A stretch of DNA of 64,000 bases, from NCBI GenBank assembly GCA_963771175.1, contig CAVYSY010000033.1, forward strand, positions 1 through 64,000. The letters are read 5' to 3'. This stretch comes from an uncultured delta proteobacterium. Its GTDB lineage: Bacteria > Myxococcota > Myxococcia > Myxococcales > Myxococcaceae. The translations under genes and the position numbers were made by a program. Each line of letters opens with the position of its first letter. Within the stretch, counting starts at the first letter, position 1. Shown piece by piece: positions 1 through 13,404 of the stretch. Under the pieces are notes generated by a model. That model was not told the origin of the DNA. It saw only the letters and a program-made list of their open reading frames with translations, and searched no databases.

Positions 1-1462
1 GTGACCGTCGGGACGCGCTCCTTGGCCAGTTCGTCGGAGACATGCCTGCTCCGGCCGAGATCGTCGCGACCCTGCCGGGCGGAGCGTCGTGGAGAACAAG
101 GCCGAAGCCCTCGCTCGTGTCCGGCTGACCCTGCTGCTGGTCGGGACCCCGCTCGATCCCGACGAGATCCGCCTCGCCATCGAGACGCTTCGGGCTCGGG
201 CCGCGGGGAGCGGCGGCCCCGACGTGCAGCTCAGCCGGGCGGCCATCAGGGCCGAGACCTTCGAAGGCCTGCTTCGGGCCGCGAGACGGAGCGGATCGGG
301 GAGGACCGCGGCTTCGATCTCCCGACGATCGTGGCCCTCCACTACGCGGCGGGTTTCGATCGCCGCTCGCCTCGGTCGCCGGCTGATCCTATTCCTCGGG
401 CTCCATGCGCTGCTGCGCGACATCGCCTGGGACGTCGCGACCCGTCAGATGGTCGCCGGCGCCTACGAGACCGAGCGCATACGTGGTGCTCGGAGCCTTC
501 CTGCTCCAGTGGGCCGAGCTGACCTCGCTCGCGGTCGCGGAGGGCTACCGGGCGGCCGAGCGGGAGATCCTCGCCGCCGACATCGCGGCCCGACGGGCCC
601 TGCTCGACGACTACCTCGGATCGGTCGCCGCCGATGCCCAGGGCAGCTGCACGGCTCCGCCGACGTGTCGCCCGCTATGGCCTCGAGCCAGACGGTCCGT
701 ACCGCGTCGTCGCGGTCACGCCCGACCCCGGAGCCGACCCGACGCCCGACCGCCCCGGCATCGACGAGGAGGACCTCGAGCGCCTGGCGAGCCGGCTCGA
801 CCATCTCGTCCGGCCGCCGAGCGGCATCGGCTCGCCGGTCCCGGCCGGGATCCGGCTCCCCCTGGCGCTCACCTGGCAGGGCCGGATCGTCGTCCTCCTC
901 GGGGCCGCGCCGGCTCCTTCGAGCGAGTCCATCGGGCGATCGACTCGACGATGCGCCGCCCGAGTAGCCGCGGTTCGGCCGACGGTGAAGTCGATGCGAC
1001 CGGTCCGGCCTGGATCGTCGTCGCCGGTGGGCCGATCGACGGCACCGCTGGGCTGGCGCCGGCGCTCGCCGAGGTCCTCGATAGCCTCCGGACGGCCGAA
1101 CGGATCGGCCGCCGCGGCTGGATCGACGACGCCGGCGAGCTCGCGGTCGAGCGGCTGCTGCTGGCCACCCGGAGCTGGCGCGTCGGTCGTCGACCGTGAG
1201 CTCCGGCCGCTCCTCGCCGACGAGCGCCTGGGCACCGAGAGCGGTCGAGACGCTGCAGGTCTTCTTCGACTCGGGCGAGAACATGCGCGAGACCGCGCGG
1301 CGGCTGCACCTCGCCAACCGGACGGTCGCGTATCGGCTCGAACGGATCGAGGCCCTGCTGGGGCACCCGCTCGACGGCGAACTGGGACGGCGGCTGGCCG
1401 TCGCACTCATGGTGATGCGGCTGCACTCGGTCTATCGAACGGGAGTCCCAGGCTCCGACTAG
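1..1462 (+). CDS. PucR/CdaR-family transcriptional regulator (several frameshifts, start uncertain)
   Basis: The C-terminal segment ETLQVFFDSGENMRETARRLHLANRTVAYRLERIEALLG is a typical PucR C-terminal HTH. Upstream pieces (AERE..RRALLDDYL, LERLLL) sit in different frames. Confidence 0.75.
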
Positions 1463-1991
1463 AGCGAGCTGCCGACGGCGAACTTCACCTGGACGCTGTC
1501 GCTCCTCAGGACGGCGAAGCCGTGATCGAGGGCGGCACGCGGAGTCGGGGCCGGGGCGAGAGTAGCGGCGTCGCGTTACCGCGGGCTTACCCGAAGGCAT
1601 TGCCTGAGGTATGCAACCGAGCGCAGCCCGATCTGCTGCGTTCGGCCGTTCTGGACGCAGCCCGCCGCCTCGATGCTGGACCGAGCCGGGGTCAGGCAGG
1701 GGGCCCGCTAGCGCACTAGCGGTCCTCGACCCGGGCCCTTGCGTCACGGCGGCAACCGACCAGTCACGACGCGCACGGCATCATGGCGTCCATGGCCATG
1801 CCCTGCCGACATGCGACCGCCCCTGCCTCGCCCGCCTGCGCTGCCCGCCCGGGACGTCTATGCGACGGTGGGACCTGGGTCGTGGACATCTCGGCATCCA
1901 GTCGAGCGCTCGATCGGAGACGCAGGCCGCGGCCCTCGTGCAGGGGCCGCCTACGGGTACCTGCTCCCGGGCTACCCAGTCCCCCTCCGGA

Positions 1992-2423
1992 TCAGCGTCC
2001 TTCGGCGTCGATCCGGGATAGCGCGTCAAGGATCGCAGCGATGACCTCCGTGGTCGAGGCCGCCGGGAGGTCGATCCGGGTCGTCGCGGACTGCGTCAGC
2101 ATCGGGTTGTAGTCGCCGGCATTGCCGGCGAGTGCGCGAAAGTCGGTCCGGACGAGGACCACCGGTTTCCTCGTGCCGAACGCGTAGCCGACCTCCCAGG
2201 CCGTCCCCGAGTCTGGATCCGGCCCGTCCATGATCGCGACCACGCCGTCCGCCCAGTCGATCCCGCCCAGATCGGTCGCGAAGATGCCCGGGCCATCCTT
2301 GCCGGGCTCCCGCTCCTGCGGCAGGAAGACCTCGTGCCCGGCGGCGCGCAGGGCCGAAGTCACCTCGGCGTTCCAGGTGCGCTCGGACGTCGTGAACAAT
2401 GGCCCGGCGAAGTAGAGCTTCAT
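1992..2423 (-). CDS. Nucleoside 2-deoxyribosyltransferase family protein
   Basis: Family motifs MKLYFAGPLF...D..GI..AD..VA..DG...DSGTAWEVGYA...KPV; ATG at 2423. Confidence 0.85.
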   Translation of the reverse strand: MKLYFAGPLFTTSERTWNAEVTSALRAAGHEVFLPQEREPGKDGPGIFATDLGGIDWADGVVAIMDGPDPDSGTAWEVGYAFGTRKPVVLVRTDFRALAGNAGDYNPMLTQSATTRIDLPAASTTEVIAAILDALSRIDAEGR

Positions 2424-2475
2424 CGGACGAGTATCGCGGCGGCCTTGGCTCCCGGGAGCTGCGCCCGATACGGCG

Positions 2476-2658
2476 CTAGGCGTCGCGCCGGTCTCGCCGC
2501 AGGATATCGAGGTAGACACCGGCACCGACGACAGCGGCGACCACCCAGACGAGGATGTTGCCGGAGCCGAAGAGCCATCCGGCCACAAGCGACACCGCGA
2601 GCCACGCGATCACGAACGAGCCGAACGCTATCCCGACTCGGCGAGCGACCTTGACCAT
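2476..2658 (-). CDS. Small two-TM membrane protein
   Basis: MVKVARRVGIAFGSFVIAWLAVSLVAGWLFGSGNILVWVVAAVVGAGVYLDILRR has two hydrophobic helices. Confidence 0.6.
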   Translation of the reverse strand: MVKVARRVGIAFGSFVIAWLAVSLVAGWLFGSGNILVWVVAAVVGAGVYLDILRRDRRDA

Positions 2659-2758
2659 GGGTCGACCCCCGATGCCAGCATTCGTGGAGCATCCACCGCA
2701 GCGTTCGTCTGGGTGGCGCAGGCCGTCAAGGGCCGGATCGGTCCCGGCGAGCGAAATA

Positions 2759-3103
2759 TCATTCTTGCCTGACGATATCGACCGAGATCTCCACCGCCGG
2801 GATCGTTCCCCTGTTCTCGAGCCAGTGGGTCGTGTGCCGATCCTCGGGCCAGCCCACTCCCGGCCCATAGTCCGTGGCGACGCCGTTTCGATGGTCGGTG
2901 ATCGTTCCCTGCAGGATGTAGACGGTGCCGGGTCTGCCCTCGTGGTCGTGGATCGGGCCGAAGACGCCGCCGGGCTCGATGGTCACCATGCGCATTCGAA
3001 GCTGGCGCCCTGCCATGCCCTCGATCTCGTCGGCGAGGTCAACCGTCGCCAGGACCTTCACCGCGACACCGTTCGTCTCGGGTGCCACTCGTTCGTTGCT
3101 CAT
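2759..3103 (-). CDS. Cupin domain protein
   Basis: Cupin motifs VTIEPGG..GPIHDH.GRPGTVYILQG...H WLENRG; GAGGAG upstream of ATG 3103. Confidence 0.8.
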   Translation of the reverse strand: MSNERVAPETNGVAVKVLATVDLADEIEGMAGRQLRMRMVTIEPGGVFGPIHDHEGRPGTVYILQGTITDHRNGVATDYGPGVGWPEDRHTTHWLENRGTIPAVEISVDIVRQE

Positions 3104-3523
3104 CGTGCTCTCCTCGCGGGCATCGTCCGGGTCGCTCGCGCCCCGCAGACGGGCGCGCATGCTCGGTCGCGTAGCCGCGACCTCACGTCCAGCGCGAGTC
3201 GTCGACGCCAGCCTGCCGGCCCGCAGACCGGCCTCGATGGGCGACGGCCGTCGGTGTGTCGGTTCCGGCAGCGGGTGCCGATCCGGCTGTTGCGCATCGC
3301 GCAAGTCTAGGGCGCCTGTCTCAGGCACCTCACGCGCCGGCGAACGGCGCCATGACGGGAATGTGGTGCACCTGCGCACCGGATGGTGGTCGCCCGCGTC
3401 GTTGGGTGATAGGGTTTCGCCGCCGATCGGGCGAGTCGCGGCTGGAGAGAGGGGACGGGCAATTCCGTCGGCCAGCCGATGCACGGGGGTGGTGTCATCG
3501 ACCCGATCGAAGGAGGCGTCTCG

Positions 3524-4342
3524 ATGCGCAGACTGATTCTGCTCGGCACGGTCGTGGCCCTGTTGGCGATGGCCTTGCCCGGCTCGGCGCTGCGCCACCA
3601 GGCCAGCTGCCGGAACCTGCTCGGGCGGGACGATGGCCGGGGCACGTACCGGCAGCTTCACCGTCAAGGGGATCTGCATGATCGCCGAAGGCGCGAACGT
3701 CCAGATCAACGGCAACCTGATCGTCGCCAGCGGAGCCAGCCTCGATGATCGTCAGACGGCGGAGGGGTGGCAGGGCGCGCAGCAGGATGCCGGCTGTACA
3801 TCACCGGCAACGTGATCGTCGGCAAGGGCGCGGTCCTGGGCCTCGGCTGGAACGCACCGGAGGGCACCCTGGGACCCGACACGGTGGGCGAGAACATCAT
3901 CGCCTATGAGCCGCTGGCGCTCCAGGTGGGCAACGTCACCGTCAATGGCAACCTGGTCTCGTACGGTGGTGGGGTGCTCAGCACGTCCGTCGAGGACTTC
4001 CGCAACTTCCCCGTCAAGGACAACACGATCCACGGGAACCTGATCGTCCAGGGCTGGCACGGGGGCTGGATCGGCCTGATCCGCAACCAGGTCGGCAAGA
4101 ACGTGATCTTCACCAACGAACGTGAGCGTGTCGAACCCTCGAGACCGGACCCGGGACGGACGAGGACTCCAGCGAGATCCAGGGCAGTGCCCTCGGGGCC
4201 GAGCAGTTCCCGCGGCCCGATCGGCGGAAACCTGATCTGTTTCGGCAACGTCCCAGCCGCGCAGGTCAACCAGATCGACGCCGGCGACTACAACTTCGTC
4301 GGAGGCAAGGGGATCGGCGAGTGCGCGGGACTCACGCAGTAG
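3524..4342 (+). CDS. Secreted protein with beta-helix-like GN repeats (frameshifted)
   Basis: AAGGAGG RBS, signal peptide MRRLILLGTVVALLAMALPGSA, and repeated (V/I)xGN(L/V) units spread over several frames. Confidence 0.6.
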
Positions 4343-4413
4343 GCTCGACCGCTCGCGGGACGTGAGCGTCGGCGCCTGACCGCCGGGACCCACGCCGCTC
4401 ACCGCTGCAAGGA

Positions 4414-4434
4414 AGGCCCGCCCCCGGCGGGCCT
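4414..4434 (+). terminator. GC-rich hairpin after the secreted-protein gene
   Basis: Inverted repeat AGGCCCGCC-CCC-GGCGGGCCT; weak U-tract. Confidence 0.4.
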
Positions 4435-4525
4435 GCTTCACTTGCCCGCCAAGGGTCCGGCTTGCGGTCGTCGAGAGTCCCGCCCGTATCCTGCGGCGGC
4501 TCCATCCGCACGAGGGACCTCGACC

Positions 4526-5521
4526 GTGACCGACAGCGGCGACACGCGATCTCGAAGGACCATCCTGGCCGGGGCCCTGGGCGGACTGGCCGGCCTGGCG
4601 CTGAGCGCGCTCGGGAGGCCGGCCGAGACACGCGCGGCCAACGGCGAGACGGTGACCGTCGGCGGCTCGATTCTCGGGTACGGCCACCACCCAGCTTACG
4701 GTCTCGGTGGCGCAGCCGGCCATCGCCGGGTACTCGACCGCGACCACCGGCACCAGCGACGGCGTGCGCGGGGAGGGGTACACACCGGACGGGAGTCGGC
4801 GTGTACGGCATCGCGCGCTCGGACACCGGCGCTGCGACCGGCGTGCGCGGCGACACGTTCAGCCCATCCGGGACCGGCGTCTACGGCGGGGGCGGGAGCA
4901 CCGGCGTCTCGGGCTACAGCCAGCAGCCGTACGGGAGGGGCGTCGATGGGTACGCCTACTCGGCGACGGCCGGCCGACCGATCGGGGTGAGCGGCGGCAG
5001 CGGCCACGCCTCCGGCATCGGCGTCTTCGGGCAGAACACGCCGGGCGGTCCCGGGGTGGTCAGGTCGAGCGGGAGCGACGTGTTCACGACACCGCCCAAG
5101 ACCGGCGTCTACGGGCACGCGACCAAGGAACTCCGCGAGCCGCGGCGTGCACGGTCGATCGTCGTCGGGGCGCGGGGTGTACGGCCAGGCCGGCACGGGC
5201 AGTGGGGTCTACGGCTCCGCCACGAGCGGCGTCGGCGTCCATGCCACGGCCAGCTCGGGAACCGCCCTCCAGGCCGACGGCCAGGTCCGCTTCAGCACCG
5301 CCGGCCGGGGCACGATCGCGAGCGGCACGAAGTCCAAGACGGTCGATCCCGGGGTCCCGTTGACGACGTCGAGCAAGGTCCTCGTGACCCTGATGGGCAA
5401 TCCCGGAGGCGTCACCTCGGTCCAGCGCGTCAGCGTCAATGCGACCGCCGACACCTTCACCGTCTACCTCACCGCGAACGCCACGGCGTCGACCGCCTTC
5501 GCGTACTTCGTGATCTCGTAG
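4526..5521 (+). CDS. Probable Tat-exported Gly-rich GVxG-repeat protein (frameshifted)
   Basis: Twin-arginine-like signal SRRTILAGALGGLAGLAL...AETRA, many GVYG/GVRG/GVSG repeats, C-terminal domain ending FAYFVIS. Confidence 0.6.
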
Positions 5522-5578
5522 GGCGAGCCCGCCGACGGCGGTCCGGCCACGGCGACGGCCCGAGCCGCTGGGTCCGCG

Positions 5579-6153
5579 TCAGAGCTCCAGGCTGGCGACC
5601 ACCTCGCCGCCGTCGACCTCGCCGGTCGGGACGAACCCGAGGCCGAGGTAGAACGGCTCGGGGCTGCCGTCGCCCGGGACCCAGCTCACGAGGAGCTCGC
5701 GCGCGTTCGGCAGCGACCGGACGTGCTCGACGATCAGCCCGAGCGCCGCCCGGCCGTAGCCGCGGCCCTGGAAGCGGTCGTCGATCATGAACCGCCACAG
5801 GAAGTACTCGGGCGTCTCGGTGTCGATCGAGAGCATCGCGAAGCCGACCGGCTGGCCGTCGGCGTAGATCGCCCGGTACCAGGCCTTCGGCTCGTAGTGG
5901 GCCTCGGCGAACGAGACGGCGTTGGGGGCCACGAAGCCGACGCTGGTCGGGCGCGACCTGGAGGGCGCAGATCTCGCGGACGGTCTCGCCGGAGACCTCG
6001 CGCAGCTCGACCTCGCCACCGTCGCGAACGGCGCGCGGGCCGGCCGGTCGGGAACTCCCCGCCGGCCCGCCGGCCCTCGGCCCAGCCGGCCATCGCGCGC
6101 CGCCTCGGTCCCGGAGGTCGTCGACGTCGGGCGGGGTCGGCGTCGCTCGTCAC
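5579..6153 (-). CDS. GNAT N-acetyltransferase, polyamine acetyltransferase-like (N-terminal part frameshifted)
   Basis: [12 protein letters not shown]...[20 protein letters not shown]...FYLGLGF contains the acetyl-CoA-binding motif A. Confidence 0.8.
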
Positions 6154-6161
6154 GCCGCGCC

Positions 6162-8748
<2,587 letters not shown>

Positions 8749-8766
8749 GGGCTCCGGATACGACGA

Positions 8767-8794
8767 GACCCCCCGCCGATCCGGCGAGGGGGTC
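8767..8794 (-). terminator. Hairpin between the tRNA-Ala 3' end and leuS
   Basis: Imperfect inverted repeat GACCCCCCGCCG-ATC-CGGCGAGGGGGTC. Confidence 0.4.
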
Positions 8795-8821
8795 GTGGTG
8801 GTTCGGCGTTCCGCAGGATCT

Positions 8822-8897
<76 letters not shown>

Positions 8898-8967
8898 ACG
8901 CCGGAGCCGGAGTATAGCGCCCGGGCGGTCCGACCGGCGCCCCTGGTCGGCCCGTCGCCGCCGGGCG

Positions 8968-9180
8968 TCAGCCGCCTTCGTGCGCCTGCGGACCCGGCGC
9001 CGACCCCTCGTCCGGCAGGACGACCACCTCGTCCGCGCAGGTGTCGCAGCGATAGAGCCTGGCGCCCTTCGCGAGCGCTCGCTCGATGTCGTGGTCGGCC
9101 GGATCGTGATGCTCGCGGCGGGTCATCGGGACGAGCTCGCCGCCGTGCAGGTGGGCGAGCTGGACGCGAATGTCGAACAC
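8968..9180 (-). CDS. Small hypothetical protein with CxxC and His residues (possible Zn-binding)
   Basis: GTG start; FDIRVQLAHLHGGELVPM...HHDPADHD...LYRCDTCADEVVV. Confidence 0.55.
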   Translation of the reverse strand: MFDIRVQLAHLHGGELVPMTRREHHDPADHDIERALAKGARLYRCDTCADEVVVLPDEGSAPGPQAHEGG

Positions 9181-9271
9181 GAACTCCGTCGTGTGATCAG
9201 GGAATGGTAGCGGCCCGACGACGCGGGGCCTGCATTGGGTGCCCCGTCTACGCGCCGCGCACGGCTCGCCT

Positions 9272-10928
9272 CTACGGCGTGCGGCCGGGTAGCTCGACGC
9301 CGCCTCCCAGCCGACGAAGACGCCGTCCACGTCGAGGCGCTGACCGCCGTCGGTGGCGACGAGAGGAGGTCCGGCCGTCCCCGTTGTCCAGCGCCAGGCG
9401 ACGGTCACCACCGGACAACCCCACGAACAGCCCTTTCGGACCGTCGAGGCTCGAGACGACGGCGTAGCGGTTGGAGCCTCGAATCGCCCGATCGGCAGCT
9501 TGCCCTGGTCGGGAGGGAGGAGCATGAGCACGCTCGTCGCATCGGACGCCCGGCGCGGCATCGAGCGCGGTCGGCGCACCAAGCGTCGCCGGGTACCACG
9601 TCGCGACGTGGTGCCGTCGGCGGTGAACGTGGTGACGAAGCAGCCGCTCGCGCTCGGCCCGTCGTCGCACGCCTCGCCGAGGGTCGACCCGTCGGCGCCG
9701 GTCGCCCGGCCCATGCCGGTCGCCGGGTAGGTCTCGGGCGTGCCGGCGGTGAACGTCCCGTCCAGCAGCGAGACCCAGCCCGGCTCGACGGTGTCGCCGC
9801 TCGTCCGCGCGGCGAGCAGACCGGTGCCATCGAGCGTCCAGACGTATCGATCGCCGCTGCCAAGCCGCCGGCGCCTCGCAGCTCGATGCCGTCCGCGAGC
9901 GAGATGCCGGTCGCGGTGGCCGCCGCCAGTTAACGAAGAGTGGGCCGTTCGCCGTCCGGACGACGAGTCGTCCGCACGGTCCCCACACGAGTCCCGGGCA
10001 TCCGGGCCACGACGTCGTCGATGACCATCCCTGTTCCCGACGGGTCGTAGAGGTCGACGATGGCGACGACGCGGTGTCTCCCTCGGGTTGGGTCACGATC
10101 GGGACCGGGAGCCGACCGAGCTCACTCACCTTCGGCGGGTATACCCCGAGCTCGATGGTGCCGTCGGGCATCGCGTTCCGCGCGATCGTCGCCAGGGTCG
10201 TCTCGGCGCCATCGGGCGGCACGGCGACGACCGCGAGGGACTCGTCGGCTCCCTCGCGGACGAGGATCGCCGTGTCCGGGTCCGCCGCTCCCAGCGGCGC
10301 GCGAGCCGCCGGGGACGGTGAGGTCGCCCGGCGCGACCACGACGATGCCGTGCCAGATGGTCTGGCCGTCGACGGGGACGGTCAGCGACTCGGCGGCCAT
10401 CTTGGAGTGAGGTCGCGGGCGACGCGATCCGTCGCAAGGCACCGGCGCCATCGTCCCGCTGGACCGTCGGTGAGGATCATGTTGCGATCCGAGCCGAGGT
10501 CGCCCGGGCCGAGGCATACGACGCGATGTCGTACCGACCGACCTCGCAGATCGAACCGATCGGCGTCACGGCCGGGTTCGCGGACCCGCTTGGTCCGCCC
10601 GTCTCGTCGATCACGACCGTTCCGGCCGGCGGGCTCAACGACGGCAGGGCGCCACTCGGCAAAGGCGAGACAGCCGACGGCGTCGGGGCGGCGACCGGGA
10701 CGGTCCGGCCCAGTCCGCGGACGAGCAGGAACCCGCCACCGACGGCCAGGGCGACGACCGCGGCGGTGGCGAGAGGCGCGACTGCGGCGCCGCGCCCGCT
10801 CTCGTCGGCCTCCCAGTCGCGGCGCGGACGACGGTCGGATCGACCTCGATCGGGCTGGCGTCCGCCTCGCCGTGAAGGCTGCGGCGCGAACGAGCGCCTC
10901 GGGCTCGGCGAGCGCTGCGGTCAGGCAT
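9272..10928 (-). CDS. Membrane-anchored hypothetical protein downstream of the ECF sigma (anti-sigma-like layout; heavily frameshifted)
   Basis: ATG 10928 overlaps the sigma stop codon. A hydrophobic anchor near 10,730-10,790 is followed by beta-rich fragments in several frames. Confidence 0.45.
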
Positions 10929-11200
10929 GTCGCACCTCCGCGGTGCCCGGCGCCTCGTCCGCCAGCGCGGTGCGCAGGTGGTCGAACGCGGCCTGGAGCT
11001 GGGACTTGACGGTGTTGGGGCTGACGCCGAGCGCTTCGGCGACCCCCTCGACCGACAGGTCGGCGTAAAAGCGAAGCACGACGGCAGCACGCATGCGGGG
11101 TGGCAGTGCACCGATGGCGGCGACGACCGCGGCGCGCTCGGGATACGCCGCCGAGCCCGCCGCCACCACCGACCTCCGGCACGACGTGCAGTGGCACGAC
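10921..11200 (-). pseudogene. ECF sigma-70 factor, region 4 only (5' part cut off at the junction)
   Basis: AIGALPPRMRAAVVLRFYADLSVEGVAEALGVSPNTVKSQLQAAFDHLR is a sigma70 region 4.2; no region 2 upstream. Confidence 0.8.
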
Positions 11201-12214
11201 CGCGCCTCCTCGTCCGACATGCGTCTGCAGCACCCCTCCATCAGCCGCCGCCACGCCCAGCTCACCCGCCGCGGCGACTGGCTCGCCCTGAAGGATCTCG
11301 GCAGCCAGAACGGCACCTTCGTCAACCGTGTCCGCCTCACCGGGGAGCTCGAGCTCCATGCCGGAGATGAGGTCGCCCTCGGCAATGCGCTCCTCCGGGT
11401 GCGTGGACCGGGAGCCACCCCCGAGCCCCCTCGGGCCGCCCCCAGCCGGACTCCCTCCTCGCTCCGCGTGGGCATGAGCGCCCGCCGCGTCGTGCTGCTC
11501 TCCGTCGCTACCGGCGCCCTGTTGGCCGTGTTCATCACGCTCGCCCTGGTGCGGCTCATGAGAGGGAGAGCTGAACCCGCCTCCGCCCCCGTGGCGCGGC
11601 ACGCGGCCCCCCAGATCGAGGAGGCACCTCCCGTCCCCGAGACTCCATCAGCGGACCTCGCGTCCCCGGAGGGCGCTCAGGACCCGGAGCCCTCTCCCGA
11701 GCCTGTCGCGGAGCCCGTCCGGGAGGAGCAGGTTCGTTCCGCGCCCCAGACGCGCCCCTTGAGCGCCCAGGCCATCGCCAACAAGTCCGGCGCCACGAGG
11801 GAGAGCACCCCCAGGGAAGCTCCGACCCGATCGAAGACAACCGGGAACCGCTCCGTCCAGGCAACAGGGAAGGCCTCCGTGAGGGCCCCTGCCTCCTCGC
11901 CTGATTCCTCGGCCCCCGCCGTCGAGGACGCGGAAGCGGAAGCCGAGGCCCGCACCCGCTACGAGGCCGGAGATGTCGGCACCGCCCTCGCGATCGCCCG
12001 CCGGGCCCACCTCGATGCGCTCTCCGACCAGCTCGTCCGATTCCAGGCCGCCTGGGCCGCGGGCAGTGCCGCCCTGGAGGCCGGTGATGCCCCCACCGCC
12101 CTCCAGCAGCTCACCACCGCCCAGGAACTCGACCACGAGCTGTCCCAGGGCTGGAGCCGCTACGCGCCCCGGATTCGCGCCGCCGTGGAGCGGGCCCAGG
12201 CCCTGTCACGGTAG
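11201..12214 (+). CDS. FHA-domain membrane protein, myxobacterial type, 5'-truncated
   Basis: FHA motif RASSSDMRLQHPSISRRHAQL...LKDLGSQNGTFVN, then a TM helix, a Pro-rich linker and a helical C-terminus. Confidence 0.8.
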   Translation, partial: RASSSDMRLQHPSISRRHAQLTRRGDWLALKDLGSQNGTFVNRVRLTGELELHAGDEVALGNALLRVRGPGATPEPPRAAPSRTPSSLRVGMSARRVVLLSVATGALLAVFITLALVRLMRGRAEPASAPVARHAAPQIEEAPPVPETPSADLASPEGAQDPEPSPEPVAEPVREEQVRSAPQTRPLSAQAIANKSGATRESTPREAPTRSKTTGNRSVQATGKASVRAPASSPDSSAPAVEDAEAEAEARTRYEAGDVGTALAIARRAHLDALSDQLVRFQAAWAAGSAALEAGDAPTALQQLTTAQELDHELSQGWSRYAPRIRAAVERAQALSR

Positions 12215-12261
12215 ACCTGGGTCTCCAGGAAGCCTTGCTCGCAGTGCTATCCTCCGAGCCC

Positions 12262-13158
12262 ATGCTCCCTCCTCGGAAGCCGCTGCGCGCAGGCCATTGG
12301 GTCGTCGCATGCCTGATGATGCTCGGGCCCGCCATCGCTCCGGCCCAGGCCTCCGAGGCAAGCACCCCCGCCCTCACCGCCTCGCCTCCGGGAGCGCTGG
12401 TGGGAGTGGTGGTGGCCAGCCGGACCTTGGAGCTCGCGCCCAAGGTGGAGGGCCGCATGGAGGTGCTGAAAGTGCGCCTGGGCGAGCGCGTCTCCGCCGG
12501 TCAGGAAGTGGCCCTGCTGGAGCTGGAGCCCTTCGAGCTCGAGCTCGCCGCGCGGCTGGCCAACCTCAAGGCGGCCGAGGCCGACCAGGCCAAGAACAGC
12601 CTCCTCCTCACCCAGGCCCAGCAGCGGCTGGAGCGTGAGAAGCGCATCCGCGAGTACTCCGCCGCCGAGGCGCTGGAGATGGCCGAGACCCAGGTGGCGC
12701 TGGCACTCGCCGACGTGGAACTGGCCAAGGCCCACACCGCCGAGGCCAAGGCCCGGTTCGACCTGGCCGCCAGCAACCTCGCGAACGCACGGGTGCGCGC
12801 CCCCTTCTCCGGCGTGGTGGCCGAGGTCCTCCTTCAGCCCGGCGTGCTGGTGGGACGGACCACGCCCCTGCTGCGGCTGGTGAGCGACGAGCTGCGGCTG
12901 CGCTTCGCCGTGCCCGCGGCCCAGTCGGGCAACATCCGCCCCGGCACCGAGGTGCACGTGCGGCTGGAGGCCCTGAACATCACCGTGACGGGCACCGTGG
13001 ACAGCATCTCACCCGAGCTCGACCCGGCCTCACGACACCTGCGGGCCGAGGCGAAGCTGAACGTCCCGGCGGCCCAGCGTGGGCGCATTCCCTCTGGACT
13101 GCTCGCCCAGGTGGAGCTGCGCCCCGCCTCCGGCAACATCGCCTCGACCGTGCCCTGA
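12262..13158 (+). CDS. Efflux periplasmic adaptor (membrane fusion protein)
   Basis: Lipoyl-like half motifs (LAPKVEGRMEVLKVRLGERVSAGQ ... VRAPFSGVV), a coiled hairpin, and ISPELDPASR. Confidence 0.85.
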   Translation: MLPPRKPLRAGHWVVACLMMLGPAIAPAQASEASTPALTASPPGALVGVVVASRTLELAPKVEGRMEVLKVRLGERVSAGQEVALLELEPFELELAARLANLKAAEADQAKNSLLLTQAQQRLEREKRIREYSAAEALEMAETQVALALADVELAKAHTAEAKARFDLAASNLANARVRAPFSGVVAEVLLQPGVLVGRTTPLLRLVSDELRLRFAVPAAQSGNIRPGTEVHVRLEALNITVTGTVDSISPELDPASRHLRAEAKLNVPAAQRGRIPSGLLAQVELRPASGNIASTVP

Positions 13159-13344
13159 GCCCTCCACGAGGAAATACCTCCGGGGTGCGAGTCACTTCCG
13201 CGGGGCCCGCGAAGGAGGCAGGTGACCTCCCTCCCGGGCGCGAACTCGCGCAACTTGTACAATGAGTGGACAAGTTCGCGCGCCGCGCGGCCGGGAGGCC
13301 GGCGGGTCTCGGCGGACAGAGGACCCTCCGGGCGCGGTCTGGAG

Positions 13345-13371
13345 AAACCTGTCCGACAGTCGGACAGGTTT
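13345..13371. repeat. Perfect 27-bp palindrome (REP-like)
   Basis: AAACCTGTCCGAC-A-GTCGGACAGGTTT between convergent genes. Confidence 0.85.
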
Positions 13372-13404
13372 TGGAAGAGCGCGAAGCGACCTCCTTCGGA
13401 TGGC

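Noticed and set aside
8749..8821. T-box riboswitch upstream of leuS
   Set aside because: Only about 70 nt are available and no T-box consensus is visible; there is just one hairpin.
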